A DNA stretch of 64,000 nucleotides, taken from Octopus vulgaris. Its lineage: Eukaryota. Within the stretch, counting starts at the first letter, position 1. Each line of letters begins with the position of its first letter. The notes under the pieces are model-generated. The model saw only the letters and a program-made list of their open reading frames with translations, made no database searches and was not told the DNA's origin. Made by a program: the position numbers and the translations under genes. Location of the stretch: assembly GCA_951406725.2 (NCBI GenBank), contig OX597816.1, positions 16,678,001 through 16,742,000 on the forward strand, in the 5' to 3' direction. Of this stretch, positions 13,194 through 26,427 are shown piece by piece.

Positions 13194-14697
13194 AGTTACC
13201 TCAGTATTCACTACAACATATAACATGCAATAATCTAAAAGAGAATGCAAGTCAAAATATTTAATTTCATTATCTTTGCATCAAAAGGTAACTGGGTTTT
13301 TTTGACTCAGAAAAACGAATAAGGTGAGTAAAAACCTGGAGTGACTATTTTCTTATTACAGTAATGTGGGAATATATTAAAGAGGAGTGAGTTTAAGAGT
13401 TTTCACTGATTTTCATAAGTTAGTCAGCATTGGAAGGGATCCATGATCTACACAGGACCTCCCAGTTTAGCAAGATTGAAGCGGCTGTAGATTAATATGT
13501 ATAGAAAACATAAAGTTAAGAAGAGAACCTGGGACATGGTTTGAATGACTACAACAAAGCGAATCTCATTAAGGGTAAAAAAGGATGAGATAATGGTGCT
13601 AAACCAGTCCCTGGGTTAGGTCAACTACCCAGAGATGGTGGGGCTGTGAGAGAGTGTGGGGGTTCAACAAGTTAGAATAATGATAGGCAATAGCTGCATA
13701 GTTCAAAGGAACAGGGCATGTGGTAACCAAAAATGATATAAAGAAGGTTAGTACAATATTGGATCGCATGATTATCCTAGTTTAAGTTCATTTTCCATGC
13801 TGGCATGGGTTGGACAGTTTGACAGGAGCTGGCAAGACAGAGGGCTGTCCTGTGTTCCACTGTCTGCTTTACATAGCTTCTATGATTGGATGCCCTTTCA
13901 AACACCAACCACTTTACAGAAGATACTGGGTGTTTCTTTACATCACATCAACATCAATGAGATCACCAAGCAACTCTTAAGGCAAGATCTCACCAAATGA
14001 AGGATAGAGCAAAACTAAAATTTCTCAACATTGAACATTTTTGTCGATTATGTATAATTTCTCTGAAATGACACACCTATACAGAATGGTACAACTACAC
14101 ACAACACGGTAATATAAACAAGTATCCACAGATGGAAGCTTTGAAAGATGTAACCAAGTCAATAGTTGTTCAAAATAATAAAACAGAGAATTCTTTGATG
14201 AGACTAATAGGTTTATAATAAAGATTAATGATGATAGTAAATCTTGGGCTAAATCATTTAAATCATAATTTGTTCATGAGAAAAGAGTGTACATGTGTAC
14301 TTGTGCTTGTGTATACGAATTTCTGTATTCGTTTTATCATCAACGATCACCAGATTCTCAAATTTCAGTTGGAGGGTACGGTAAAAGTCTTCTTTGACAA
14401 AAGAATTTTATTAACTCTGAGTGTTACGTTGGGGAATACAATTCGGCCAGGTGATTTGCATGTCAAACATTGGCAGTAATTTAGCTAATATTAAGTGGGG
14501 ATGATTTTCCCAGGCAAGAGATGAACCAATCATGATTTAAAACTTCAAAATAATTTACAGGCAAACATGCATATGTGCCCACAATTTCATGCATGCTAAA
14601 TTAAGAATTAAGAAATGAGTTTTATCTCTGATTAAAAATGCAATTTTTAAGATATGTGAAAACAAATGAAAATTTCAAATAAATGTTTATGTATTCA

Positions 14698-14735
<38 letters not shown>

Positions 14736-14987
14736 AAGGACTCATCTGTTTTAAGGTAAATATTAAATCTCAGTCATATGATTGCATAATAAGTTTTAAA
14801 TATTCATAATTACACACTAATTTAATCAGCATAATTTAGTTATTATTCCACTAGGTTTTAAATTTGATAAGAGCATATCTTTTGTAAATAAATAATGAAA
14901 GTTAATTTGAATTTCTTTGAAAAATGTTAAAGCCGTTGAACTTTGAAAAATTAAATCAGTTTTATATTATTTAAAATGATATTTATG

Positions 14988-15014
14988 ACATATACATGTG
15001 TGTGTATGTATGTG

Positions 15015-15060
<46 letters not shown>

Positions 15061-15351
15061 CATACATGTATATATACAGATACATATATATACATATACA
15101 TGCATGTATATATACATCCATGTATATATACATATATGTATATATACATACATGTATATATACATATACATACACATCCATGTATAAACATATACATGTA
15201 TATATACATATACATACATGTACATGTATATATACATATACATACATGTATAGACATATACATGTATATATACATATGCATGTATATATACATATACATG
15301 TATATATACATATACATATATATACACATACATATACATACATGTATATAT
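14988..15351. repeat. Purine-pyrimidine alternating TA/CA/TG complex microsatellite
   Basis: Direct reading. Confidence 0.95.
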
Positions 15352-15779
15352 ACTCTTTACTCTTTACTACTTGTTTCAGTCATTTGACTGCGGCCATGCT
15401 GGAGCACCACCTTTTGAATTGAGCAACTTGACCCCGGGACTTATTCTTCTGTAAGCCCAGTACACATACACATACACATTCTATGTACTTATTCTATCGG
15501 TCTCTTTTGCCGAACCGCTAAGTAACGGGGACATAAACACACCAGCATTGGTTGTCAAGCAATGCTAGGGGGACAAACACAGACACATAAACACACACAT
15601 GCACATATATATATACGACGGGCTTCTTTCAGTTTCTGTCTACCAAATCCACTCACAAAGCTTTGGCCGGCCCGAGGCTATAGTAGAAGACACTTACCCA
15701 AGGTGTCATGCAGTGGGACTGAACCCGGAACCATGTGGTTGGTAAACAAGCTACTTACCACACAGCCACTCCTGTGCCT
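15352..15779 (-). mobile_element. SINE family S1
   Basis: Full-length copy with small internal insertion near 15463-15487. Confidence 0.85.
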
Positions 15780-16455
15780 ATATGTTTTTATATAGTTTTA
15801 TATTGTCTTAAAGTTTCAGAGCAAAAATTGTGGCAATGGGGAGAGTCTGAATGGTGTTCAGCTTACTGCCTCACATTTCTTAGTTCAATTCTGAATGCAG
15901 TCGAATTTACCTTATAACCTTTCAGGAATCAATGAAACAGATATCTGTAACTTAGTGTAGGTAAGTGAACTGATTATATCACCTCCACTTTATTCAAAAG
16001 CGTGTTCTGCCTAAGAAAAGAATCATTATTTCAATGTCTGTACATATCACACAATGAGATGTCATTTATAAAGGTATCCCTGATTGTCTAACAGTTAGAT
16101 GTTCGTTGATGCTGAAGCAAATATTTGAATGCTGGATATTGTGTGTGCAGTAGAAATAGAAACCAAGTAAGTTTTTCATTCAACTAGTTTAGAGGTGCTG
16201 GAAGCAATTAGAACAAAGATCCAGTTCTCCCCAAAAATCGATATAATTTACAATTAATCAATTTCTAAAACAAAAATATCAGAAAAAAAACAAAAACAAA
16301 AACAAAAAAACAGAACGCGAATCCTTTCTTACATAATGATATGTTATATAATACATTTGTAATAGTTCTTGGATGTACGTCCTCTTTGTCACTGAATATT
16401 TACATTTGAATTAAACATTCCAAAAACCAAAGCATGTAACTATTGAATAATTTTC

Positions 16456-16521
16456 TATATATATATATGCATGAATGTGTGAGTATTTGTGTATGTGTAT
16501 ACATATACACATATACAAACA

Positions 16522-16585
<64 letters not shown>

Positions 16586-16818
16586 AATGTGTGTGTGTGT
16601 ATATATATATAACGAATGTATATATATATATATATGCACAAATGTTTGTGTATTTGTGTGTGTGTATGTATACACACATACACATGTACAAACATGCATA
16701 TATATATATGTTTGTATGAATGTGTATGTGTGTGTATATATATATATATACACACATACACATTCATACAAACATATATATACATACATACATATATATA
16801 TGCACGTTTGTACATGTG

Positions 16819-16868
<50 letters not shown>

Positions 16869-16990
16869 TATATATATCACATGCACACACACACACTTAC
16901 ACACAGAAAGTGAGAGTGAATGGAGACAGCAAGGAAGAGAAAGACAAAGTGGAAGAGAAGAGATGGAGAGAGAGAGAGAGATGGAGAGAC
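16456..16990. repeat. TA/TG/CA/GA complex microsatellite
   Basis: Direct reading. Confidence 0.95.
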
Positions 16991-17572
16991 AGAACCGGAG
17001 AGTGTGTGCAAGTAAATAGGTGAAAGAATAACAGAAATTGTCAAAATCCTGACATCAAAAAGGAAAGTATTATTGTTTATTACAGATATTAAATATTGAC
17101 AAATATCTGAGTATTCAAACAAAACAAAAACTATGAAATAACAGATAAGTCAATCAATGCAGTAACTAACGTCATTGTAATAATATTAAAACCGACAATG
17201 CTAAATAATTTCGGTTTCTGCCACGATCTTCATGATAGTTGGTGTGGTGATCATGATAGAGAGCAACTTAGCAACTGGAGACACTGTTTTGTTATCTGTA
17301 ATAAGACAGCTGTTTAGTGTTAGGTGCCAATGAGTTTAATGTTAGATGGTTTGTTGCACGTCAGCTTTATACGGAAGCACAGCTCTGATCTAGAAGTGAA
17401 AGCGGCTAGAAACAACTGTGGAATAAGAGAGTGAGGTCTTGTAGTGGGGCCTCAGAGACTGGAGGAAGGAAAGCAGCAACGTGTTTTGCCATTGTATATG
17501 TAATCTTGCAAACACACCACTGGCTGTGAGTACACACACACACACACACACATATACATATGTATATATCTA

Positions 17573-17940
17573 ATTCTTTATTGCCCAGAAGGGACTAAAC
17601 ATTGTGGGGACAAACAAGGACAGACAAACGGACTAAGTCGATTACATCGACCCCAGTGCATAACTGATACTTATTTGATCGACCCCGAAAAGATGAAAGG
17701 CAAAGTTGACCTTGGTGGAATTTGAACTCAGAATGTAGCGGCAGACGAAATACCTATTTCTTTACTACCCACAAGGGGCTAAACACAGAGAGGGCAAACA
17801 AGGACAGACAAACGAATTAAGTCGATTACATCGACCCCAGTGTGTAACTGGTATTTATTTAATTGACCCCAAAAGCAGCAGACCAAATACTGCTAGGCAT
17901 TTCACCTGGTGTGCTAACGTTTCTGCCAGCTCACAGCCTT
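17573..17940 (-). mobile_element. Meta-domain-like tRNA SINE (family S2), tandem dimer
   Basis: Minus strand gagttcaaattcc..gactttgcctttcatc..ggggtcgat..aagtaccag; two ~180-bp units. Confidence 0.8.
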
Positions 17941-17967
17941 CCTACATATATATATACATATATATAT

Positions 17968-18314
17968 CATCATTATCATTGTCTAATGCCTGCTTTCCAT
18001 ACTGGCATGGGTTGGACGGTTTGACTGAGGACTGGCAAGCCAGGAGGTTGCATCGAGTTCCAATCTGACCTGGCAAGGTTTCTACAGCTGGATGCTCTTC
18101 CTAACACCAACCACTCTGAGAGTGTAGTGGGTGCTTTTTGCATGCCACCAGCATCGGAGCCAGTCAGGAGGCACTGGCATTAATTATGCTCAAACAGTGC
18201 TTTTTACATGTCACCAGCCCAGGAACCAGTCAGATGGTACTGGCATCGATCACACTCAAATGGTACCTTTTAACAGTAATATTACACTTGGCTCAACAAG
18301 TCTTCTCAAGTACA
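17968..18314 (-). mobile_element. RTE 3'-UTR/tail repeat
   Basis: Matches 7050-7568 in reverse; (CAT)n start. Confidence 0.8.
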
Positions 18315-18336
18315 GTGGAATATATATGTATATACA

Positions 18337-18728
18337 CTCTTTAACTCTTTACCTGTTTCAGTCATTTGACTGTGGCCATGCGGGAGCACTACTTTTAGTC
18401 AAGCAAATTGACCCCAGGACTTATTCTTTGTAAGCTTAATACTTATTCTATCAGTCTCATTTGCTGAACTGCCAAGTTATGGGGACGTAAACACACCAGA
18501 TTCGGTTGTCAAGCGATGTTGGGGGGGAACAAACACAGGCACACAAACATATACATACATATATATGATGGGCTTCTTTCAGTTTCTGTCAAAAAAATCC
18601 ACTCACAAGGCTTTGGTCGGCCTGAGGCTATAGTAGAAGACACTTGCCCAAAGTGCCACACAGTGGGACTGAACCCGGAACCATGTGGTTGGTAAGCAAC
18701 CTACTTACCACACAGCCACTCCTACACC
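18337..18728 (-). mobile_element. SINE family S1
   Basis: Full-length copy. Confidence 0.85.
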
Positions 18729-18809
18729 TATACATACACACACACACACACACACATATATACATATACACACATGTATGCTTATATACATGTATATATA
18801 TATATTCAT

Positions 18810-19070
18810 CTCATGGTTGTAAAGGTCATGAGTTTGATTCCTGGCAGTATATTGTATCCTTTAGTAAGACATTTTATTTCTCATTGCTGCAGTCCACTCA
18901 GCCAGCAAAAGTGAGTGGTACCTGTAATTCAAAGGGCCAGTCTTGTCACACTCTGTCATGTTGAATCTCCAATGAGAACTGTGAGTACATGTATCTATGG
19001 AGTGCTCAGCCAGTTGCATGCTAATTTCAGGAGCTGAGTGTTCTTTTGATCAGATCAACTGCATCACTGA
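18810..19070 (+). mobile_element. Decayed SINE with CORE-like middle and tail shared with 50289-50670
   Basis: gagtttgattcc B box; gtacctgtaattcaaagggcc..ggagtgctcagcca tail. Confidence 0.65.
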
Positions 19071-20409
19071 CTGTTCAAAGAACTTCACAATAAACAAGAA
19101 ACAAAATAAAAAGTATAAAATATGTATTCTATGAATCTTTTTCCTTATAATTCCTCAATTTCAAACACACACTTTTAATCTCATTAAATATTTTGAAGAA
19201 ATGACTATTTCTCTTGCAGTAACTATCTGCCAGAGGTCACCACACACACACACACACACACACGTGCAATGTGTGCAATATATATGTATGTATGTATCTA
19301 TGAATGTATGTATATGTGTGTGAATTAGTAGGTTGTTTATATGTAAGTTCACACTCATAGTTATACAATAACTTCTTCCTTTCCACTCATTAGTCTCAGA
19401 AGTCCAGCATGAGATACTAAATTCAATTAAAGAACCTAAAATGACTACTTGCAACATACCACACTATGTTAAAGAAGAGTTTGAACATCGATAAGAGAAT
19501 ATCTCTTAATAATACAATTCCTTAGAACATGGAGGCAGTGAAATCTTTCTACAATAGAGCCCACTTGTAATTAGACAGGTTAAAGTGCCTTGCCAGTTGA
19601 TAGAACACAGCACAGATGATGGATTATCAAGTATCAATTCTTCAATTGGTAATCCAAAACTCTATGAACAATGATGCTGTACAGAAGTAATCTCTGACTA
19701 AAATTAAGTAGCTGACAGTTGTAATTGACCAATTAAAATCCTTTAAAATCATTTCATATGCAATAGAAGAAAGGAGAGGAGGCAGGCTTCAAAGCTAGGT
19801 CCAACTGGAGAGAAGAGAATGAAAAATACTATTTGCTTTTTTGTTTTTTTTCCTGATCAAAGTATGTGAGATTCCCCCTCCGACTAGAAAAATAGACTGA
19901 AAGTCTATGCAATATGCAAATAATTTAGCTGTTATGCAACTAGCAAAACAAGCAATAACCAGATCCTTGGAAATGATTTGAGGGTAGCAGCAAAACAAAA
20001 GTAGTGATGCTAGGAAAGATCAAACAGTATCAAAACGGCGTAAAAGCTGCGGAATAAAAAGAAAAAAAGAAACAAGGAATTATGAATCATTCCAATAGAA
20101 AAGTGAAGCAAACATCAAAGACAATGCTGCCAGATAAATATTTCAAAAAGATACCTCTAATAGCTATTTCAAGAGTTAATTGAATCATAGTACTGTAGGT
20201 TGAATTTTAAGGAAAGAAGCACAAATGAGCTGTAGAAAAAGCAGGATTAGAAGTTGTAGTTGTTATTTAGCATCAGCTCAAATTCATTCCAGCCATGACC
20301 ATCTTCGCTTTTCCATGCATAGTATTTCCTGTATGACATCATCATCATCATCAAATGTCTTTTCCTTTGTAAAGATTTGGTGTAATTTGACACAGTTTAT
20401 TCTCGCTTC

Positions 20410-20550
20410 AAAATAGCCTTCCCAATAGACGAGTTCCCACAAAAGTCAGCATTTTTGCTGTCAAATTGGCTACCAAAATTTCAGCGGTGGTGCCCCAGCA
20501 TGGCCGCGGCCTTTGGGCTAAAACATTTTAAAGGATTTTATAAAGGATTT
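20410..20550 (+). mobile_element. Short CR1/L2-like LINE 3' end sharing its tail with SINEs
   Basis: NSLP..FP-like trace then ggtggtgccccagcatggccgc and repeated aaaggattt tail. Confidence 0.45.
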
Positions 20551-20702
20551 AACTGGTTACTATTTTTAGCTGATTAAGCAAATATATTGAAGTTTGAGTG
20601 TTGGCTTCTAAAGAAGCAGTTGGTAAATTGCAGAGAAGACGATAGTAGATTGGTCAGCCAAGTTTGTAGAGAATGAATTGGAAACATGAATATTTAGTCC
20701 AT

Positions 20703-20845
20703 TGTTAGGAAGGGCATCCAGCTGTAGAAACACTGCCAGATCAGATTGGAGCCTGGTGCAGCATCCTGGCTTCCCAGACCCCGGTCGAACTGTCCAACCC
20801 ATGCTAGCATGGTAAACGGACGTTAAACGATGATGATGATGATGT
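20703..20845 (+). mobile_element. RTE 3'-tail repeat
   Basis: ttaggaagggcatccagctgtagaaac..gacgttaaacgatgatg. Confidence 0.8.
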
Positions 20846-21534
20846 TGTATATGATGCAATCTATATAAAGTCTTATACTATGATTGTAACTTGTAACTTA
20901 AAAAGTCCACGCCATGAATTAAAAATAGTAAAGAAAATATGAGGTACGTACATATTGATGTACAATAATATGAAGTTGGGTCTAACGTGTTTTGGTAGAA
21001 GAATGGAAAAAGAATTATTGAAGGCTATACACACTCACAGACATGCACGCACACACACACACACACACACATACACTCTCTCACATGGATGTACAAAAAA
21101 GATAAAGCGTATTCAGTATAACTAATAGTGTATGTATTCATTTGAAGCTGTTTTTTTCTTTTCATTTCATTGTTACTCCCAAGTTTCTTGCATTTGCGTG
21201 TTCAATCAAGCAACAAGAAGATGTACCCATTGATCTAATTTGATTTCATCAAATTGATTTTCTTCTACTCTGAATGAATGATTACTTTAAAGATATGAAA
21301 CTTTTACAAAAAAAAAAATGAAGAAATGCTATAGACTGAACCATAACCAACACATTAAATATTTGCTCTACCCAGGCACTGAATTAACTGATTCTGCAGT
21401 TTTACTGTATATATATACACTCATATACTAACTACATAACACATACACATAGATATATAATGTATATGGCTATACATATGTTATATTCATATTATATATT
21501 GTAATACTAACTTCATGTAATACTATCTTTAAGA

Positions 21535-22450
21535 AACCTGCCAGTCACCTAATGATCTGGTGGACACACTAGTCAAATTAATAACATCCTTGCCAGGAAA
21601 TGGGAAAGATGGCTACTTATAATTGCCAAAACCTTCCCAGGTGAAGAATGCACCCCACAACTTAGATTAGTAGTTAGTGACTTCAGAATCACCACTAAAT
21701 GGATGCCCAGAAGACAACCAGCATGGAGAAGAAGGGTCTGGAAGCTTAAGGATCCTGTGAATGGACAGAGATTTAGAGATGTATTACTTGAAGCTTTTGA
21801 CGAAATAGAGAGGGATATAGCATCACATGATGTGGAAAACAACTGGAGGTTTCTATGGGACAACCTGTTGAGGGCTACTGACCAGATCTGTGATAGTGTA
21901 AAGTCCCCTCTAAACCCAAGGTAATGTAGTGTTGGAACAATGTAGTTGACAGGGCCATTAGGGAAAAGAAACAGGCATGGAAGGATTGGAAGAACGGTGG
22001 TAGCAGTGAAGTGTATCAGATTGTCAGAAAGGAAGCTAGGAGACAGGTTTACTTAGCCAGAGGGAAGCAGATAAGAAAAAAATTTGCCAATGTTCTGTGT
22101 TGGGAGGACCAAAAATTTGAAGTGTTTTGTGTTGCAAGACAGTGTGGGAGAGAGAATCGTGATGTCTTAGGAGAGAAATGTGTCCGCATGGATGATGGCT
22201 CACTTGCAATGAATGAAGCTGCAAGCAGAGACACTTGGAGATGCCGCTATGAAAGGTTGCTGAATGAAGAGAATGAACGGGAGAAAAGAGTCTGCCAAAT
22301 GTCGACCCAACAGAAGGACCAGCAATCTGAATTGACAGTATGTTGATAGATAAAGCAATTAAAGGTATGAAGACAGGGAAAGCACCTGGCCCATCACGAA
22401 TCACTACAGAGATGCTTAAAATATCTGGCGGTGTCAGCTATAGTCTAGTC
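21535..22450 (+). mobile_element. RTE-clade LINE internal fragment (endonuclease end to RT start)
   Basis: SGGHTSQINNIL..FPGEECTPQLRLVVSDF; AIKGMKTGKAPGPS..TEML. Confidence 0.8.
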
Positions 22451-22550
22451 TAATGATTGAAAGAAGTAAAAGGTAAAAGACACTATTTAATATATTATAG
22501 ATGTTATGCGTTTTTTATTGTTTAATATATATATTATACACTGTATTTTC

Positions 22551-22925
22551 ATCATCATCATCATCGTTTAACGTCCGCTTTCCATGCTAGCATGGGTTGG
22601 ACGGTTCAACTGGGGTCTGGCAAGCCCGAAGGCTGCACCAGGCCAGTCAGATCTGGCAGTGTTTCTACAGCTGGATACCCTTCCTAACGCCAACCACTCC
22701 GAGAATGTAGTGGGTGATTTTTGTGCCACTGACACAGGTGCCAGACGAGGCTGGCAGATGGCCACGCTCGGATATGGTGTTTTCGGTGTTTTTCTTATGT
22801 GCCACCGACACAGGTGCCAGACGAGGCTGGCGAACGGCTACGATCGGATGGTTTTCTTATGTGCCACCGGCACTGGTACCACAAGGATACAAATTCCATT
22901 GATGTTCATCTATTTTGATTTGGTT
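22551..22925 (-). mobile_element. RTE 3'-UTR/tail repeat
   Basis: Same family, internal tandem units. Confidence 0.8.
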
Positions 22926-23016
22926 TGACTTGATTTGATTTTATATGTAGTTAATAGTGTGTCTGTATGTGCAATAGAGAAATCCTTAAGAGAAAGGTCA
23001 ACAGGTGGAAAGGTAT

Positions 23017-23055
<39 letters not shown>

Positions 23056-23329
23056 TATATATATTTTAAAAGAAATGAGGTACTCAGAAATCTGGATGGT
23101 TTTATATTTACAGATATTTATTAGTATGTTACGTGTTTTTATAAATCATATATTAACGCTTTCGCCCACTCTAGTGGAGTTGTCAGATTTGACAACCCTA
23201 CTAGAGTGGGCGAAAGCGCTAATATATGATTTATAAAAACATGTAACATACTAATAAATATAAAACCATCAAGATATCTGAGTACCTCATTTCTTCTAAT
23301 ATATAATACCTGTGCATCATCTCCAAACC

Positions 23330-23335
<6 letters not shown>
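23056..23335 (+). mobile_element. Fold-back element inserted in (TA)n with degenerate hammerhead motifs
   Basis: About 120-bp inverted arms centred on gtcagatttgac (23182-23193); right arm reads UUGACAA C CCUACU ag AGUGGG C GAAA GCGC UA. Confidence 0.7.
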
Positions 23336-23375
<40 letters not shown>

Positions 23376-24380
23376 ATACAAAAACAAAACAAAAAATTGT
23401 GTATGTTGAAAGCAAAACTCTAAATAATTAAGGAAAATTAAATTTCTGCTCATTTAGAATATAAAAAATGTTGCTTCTTAAACAATTTAATGAGGAATCT
23501 TTAAATTTTTGATGAATTTTTCCCTTTAAGAAACCTTTGTAAAAATTGATTCATCAGTTTCCAACAGACTTTGTTCTACAAACTCAATTAAATTAAGTCA
23601 ATATTTTATATTTAGGCTTGGATATTTTATTAGAGTTTTCAAAGATCATAAATTTGATAAATTGTACAAAATTTGAATTTAATTAATATCAGTTTTCATC
23701 AGTCTAATTTAGATAATAACATAATTGATGTGGTTGGGCAATAATTTATGAGAGGAGGGTTTTTTTACATCTAAAAATTCTTATTTTGGTAAAGGTTAAA
23801 CAATCAACTTAAGAAGTATAAGATCAGTATTGTAATTTGTTTTCAAGTGTTTGTAAATATATTTACCTCAGCTAATAAAGTAACCCACAAAATTAAAAAA
23901 TTTCGTTAACTAAATATTGAGATTTATTATAAACATAAGCAATCTGTATCTGTGTCTGTGAAAATATGTTTCTTTTGAAGAAATTTTAGCAGGTTTTACA
24001 TCTAAAGAGCAACTTTTGCATCATTTTTAAATGTCACCTGAATTAGAGCAGTAAGAAAGTTTACAGATAATTAAGATAACAGAAATCAGTAATTTCACTA
24101 AAAGTAAACATTTGTACCAGGTGAACCTAATCTTTATGGCAAAATAATGTATCAGATAAAATAAAAGTCCCAAACAGATAAGATAAAGTAAAATTATTTT
24201 TGTACTGAATTCAGCTAAAGTAAACCAGTCTTACAGAATCCTTTACATCTTTTTTCAACTGTTACCTTAAATACTTGTAGCAGTATCTGATATCCTCACT
24301 GTTTGAGAGACACAATAAGAATGATCTCGTTTGAGATTACAACCATCTTTGGCTAGTTTGACCCTGTTGTGTCCACAGCT

Positions 24381-24630
24381 CTGATTGGTTGGCATCTAGC
24401 GCTGTTTGTCACTCCACTTATTTCGCGCCAGGATGTAAAAGCCAACCAATCACGGCCTTCGGACAGGATGCTTCATTTGAGCCACTTTAACTCTTTAAAT
24501 AAGCCTGCTTTCGCTATTCTTCATCTTTTGGCCCCAGACCTTTTAAGGTCTGGTCACTGACCACAGAGCTACTCAGCCATGTTCCAGTTCCAGTGACAGA
24601 CAGCCAGCCAACCACATGCAAGCAGGTAAA
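24381..24630 (+). promoter_or_regulatory. Candidate Pol II promoter / first exon
   Basis: Inverted CCAAT pair (ctgattggttggc 24381-24393, gccaaccaatca 24441-24452), TATA-like tttaaataa 24494-24502, pyrimidine-rich Inr-like stretch, possible donor GCAG|gtaaaa at 24625/24626, locally CpG-richer. Confidence 0.35.
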
Positions 24631-24888
24631 ATGCATGCAACACTACAATAACATTAACATGACAATAATATCACCTGTCTTAGAAATGAATTGCTTTAAT
24701 AGTAACAATAGTGAAATTATTGTGTCTAGTTCTCAGATGACCTACAACTTATCAAAGGAGCATGTACAGTACATAGAATTATGTACAAATGTTAGGAACT
24801 AGTACACTGCCTGTTATTTCATAAAAGAATAAATAAAGAGCATTTTTGTTCTTAATTTTTGTTTAATATAATAATAATAAATAATATA

Positions 24889-25205
24889 AGCCATTCGATT
24901 CACTTCAACATTTAAGTTTAATTTGTCAAAATATTTTCGTCGCTTTAAGACCGTGACCTGTTCACTGACAGCATAGATTTTTGTCAGTGAACAGGTCGCG
25001 GTCTTAAAGCGACGAAAATATTTTGACAAATTAAACTTAAATGTTGAAGTGAATCGAACGGCTTTTGTGTGTTTCTTAAATGGCTTACAAACACCTTCTA
25101 CGTGTGTTTCTTAAATGGCTTACAAACACCTTTCACGCTGCAATTGTTTTCGTTTCAGCACATGATCTCAGATCAAATCACTTGCTATGCAAGTACATCT
25201 CCGTA
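24889..25205 (+). mobile_element. Fold-back element (Penelope-like inverted pseudo-LTR) with two hammerhead-like motifs
   Basis: 83-bp inverted arms 24888-24970 and 24982-25064 (2 mismatches), 11-nt spacer, extended right arm; candidate TSD aataaataatata at 24876-24888 and 25206-25218. Confidence 0.75.
24980..25030 (+). ncRNA. Hammerhead-like motif with swapped G3-C8 core
   Basis: UUUGUCA GUGAACA G GUCGC ggucuuaaa GCGAC GAAA AUAU UU UGACAAA: 7-bp stem I, 5-bp stem II, palindromic stem III AAUAUU; mirror copy on minus strand 24922-24970. Confidence 0.65.
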
Positions 25206-25239
25206 AATAAATAATATAATAATAATAAATTTCTTTTAT

Positions 25240-26260
25240 TATTGGAGAACTGCATTTCATATTGTGTGCAATGTTTGTTCGTATACCAATTGTGAAATCA
25301 AAATCTTTATTCATTGTACCTGAAATATCATCCAAAGCTTGAGGGACTGATTCAGCATTTTGTTAATCATCAATGTTTGTGTCAGTGTTTATTTGATCTG
25401 CATGAATTAATATATCCTGTTCACCCCTTAAGAATCACAACTGTATAATAACCTGCATGGAGTTCAACATGACTTCTGCATCAATACCAAACAAGAGCTG
25501 CAACAATTTCATAAGACATTGTTGATGGTGATCGTATTTGTCTACCCATCAAAGCAGTTTTCCTGAGTGAAGAATTCTGTCCAATATCTCAAAAGCGTGT
25601 TACTTGACTATGCATTAATAGAACCCTTACATAGGCAATATTCTTTTAAACCAATTCTAATACTTGCAGTCATTTGTTCAAAATTCCATTTGATTCTGGA
25701 TGATACGGAGGCGTTTCCATAAGTTCATCCAATCTTATTTTGCCACATGAGTTAGTCGTTACCATGAAATTTATTGGCCTTGTCAGGCAGCAATGCTTCT
25801 AAAATACCATCTCCAGATATACAATCTTAACTGTTTCAACATCTTATTCTTAATCTGTATCACATCTGGCCATCCACCGTATGTTTCAACAAGTATTAAG
25901 AACAACCATAAGTTCTTTACATATCCATGCTTAATTTCTTTAGGTCATTGTGTGAGGTAACTCTCATACAATTTTAACACATATTGGACATCTTTTATAT
26001 CATAATATCCTTCACAGTTACCTGGCCACCATACTTCAAATTGCAACCGATTCTTTATTGTCATTGATCTACAAAGCACATCATCATAAAAGGCACAGCT
26101 TTTGTTATAAATGTTTTCAAACAGATTTGTAGAACAGTTAATTCTTAATTCTCTATTATACAAAATACCATCTTCAACATTTAAATTCTCTTTCTGATCT
26201 CTTAAGTAATGTTTTAATAACAGAGCAATTACTCTTATAGATGTTATGAATCCTTTTCAA
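25240..26260 (-). mobile_element. Highly decayed Gypsy-type integrase fragment
   Basis: Minus-strand pieces EVWWPG, ILVETYGGWPD, METPPYHPESNG typical of retroelement integrase. Confidence 0.65.
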
Positions 26261-26427
26261 AAATAAATAAAATATTATCATTGGTAGCTTCTACTTCTAT
26301 ATTTTCATGTTTTATAAAATCAATTTCTACATGAAAGAAAAATTATCATCATCTTCCTTCTCACCACCACCACATCACTCACTACCACCACTAGCATCAT
26401 GATTACATTAACCCTAACCCACTAAAC

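Noticed and set aside
24534-24553. Hairpin resembling a histone 3' stem-loop
   Set aside because: Lacks the conserved GG..CC base and there is no upstream histone ORF
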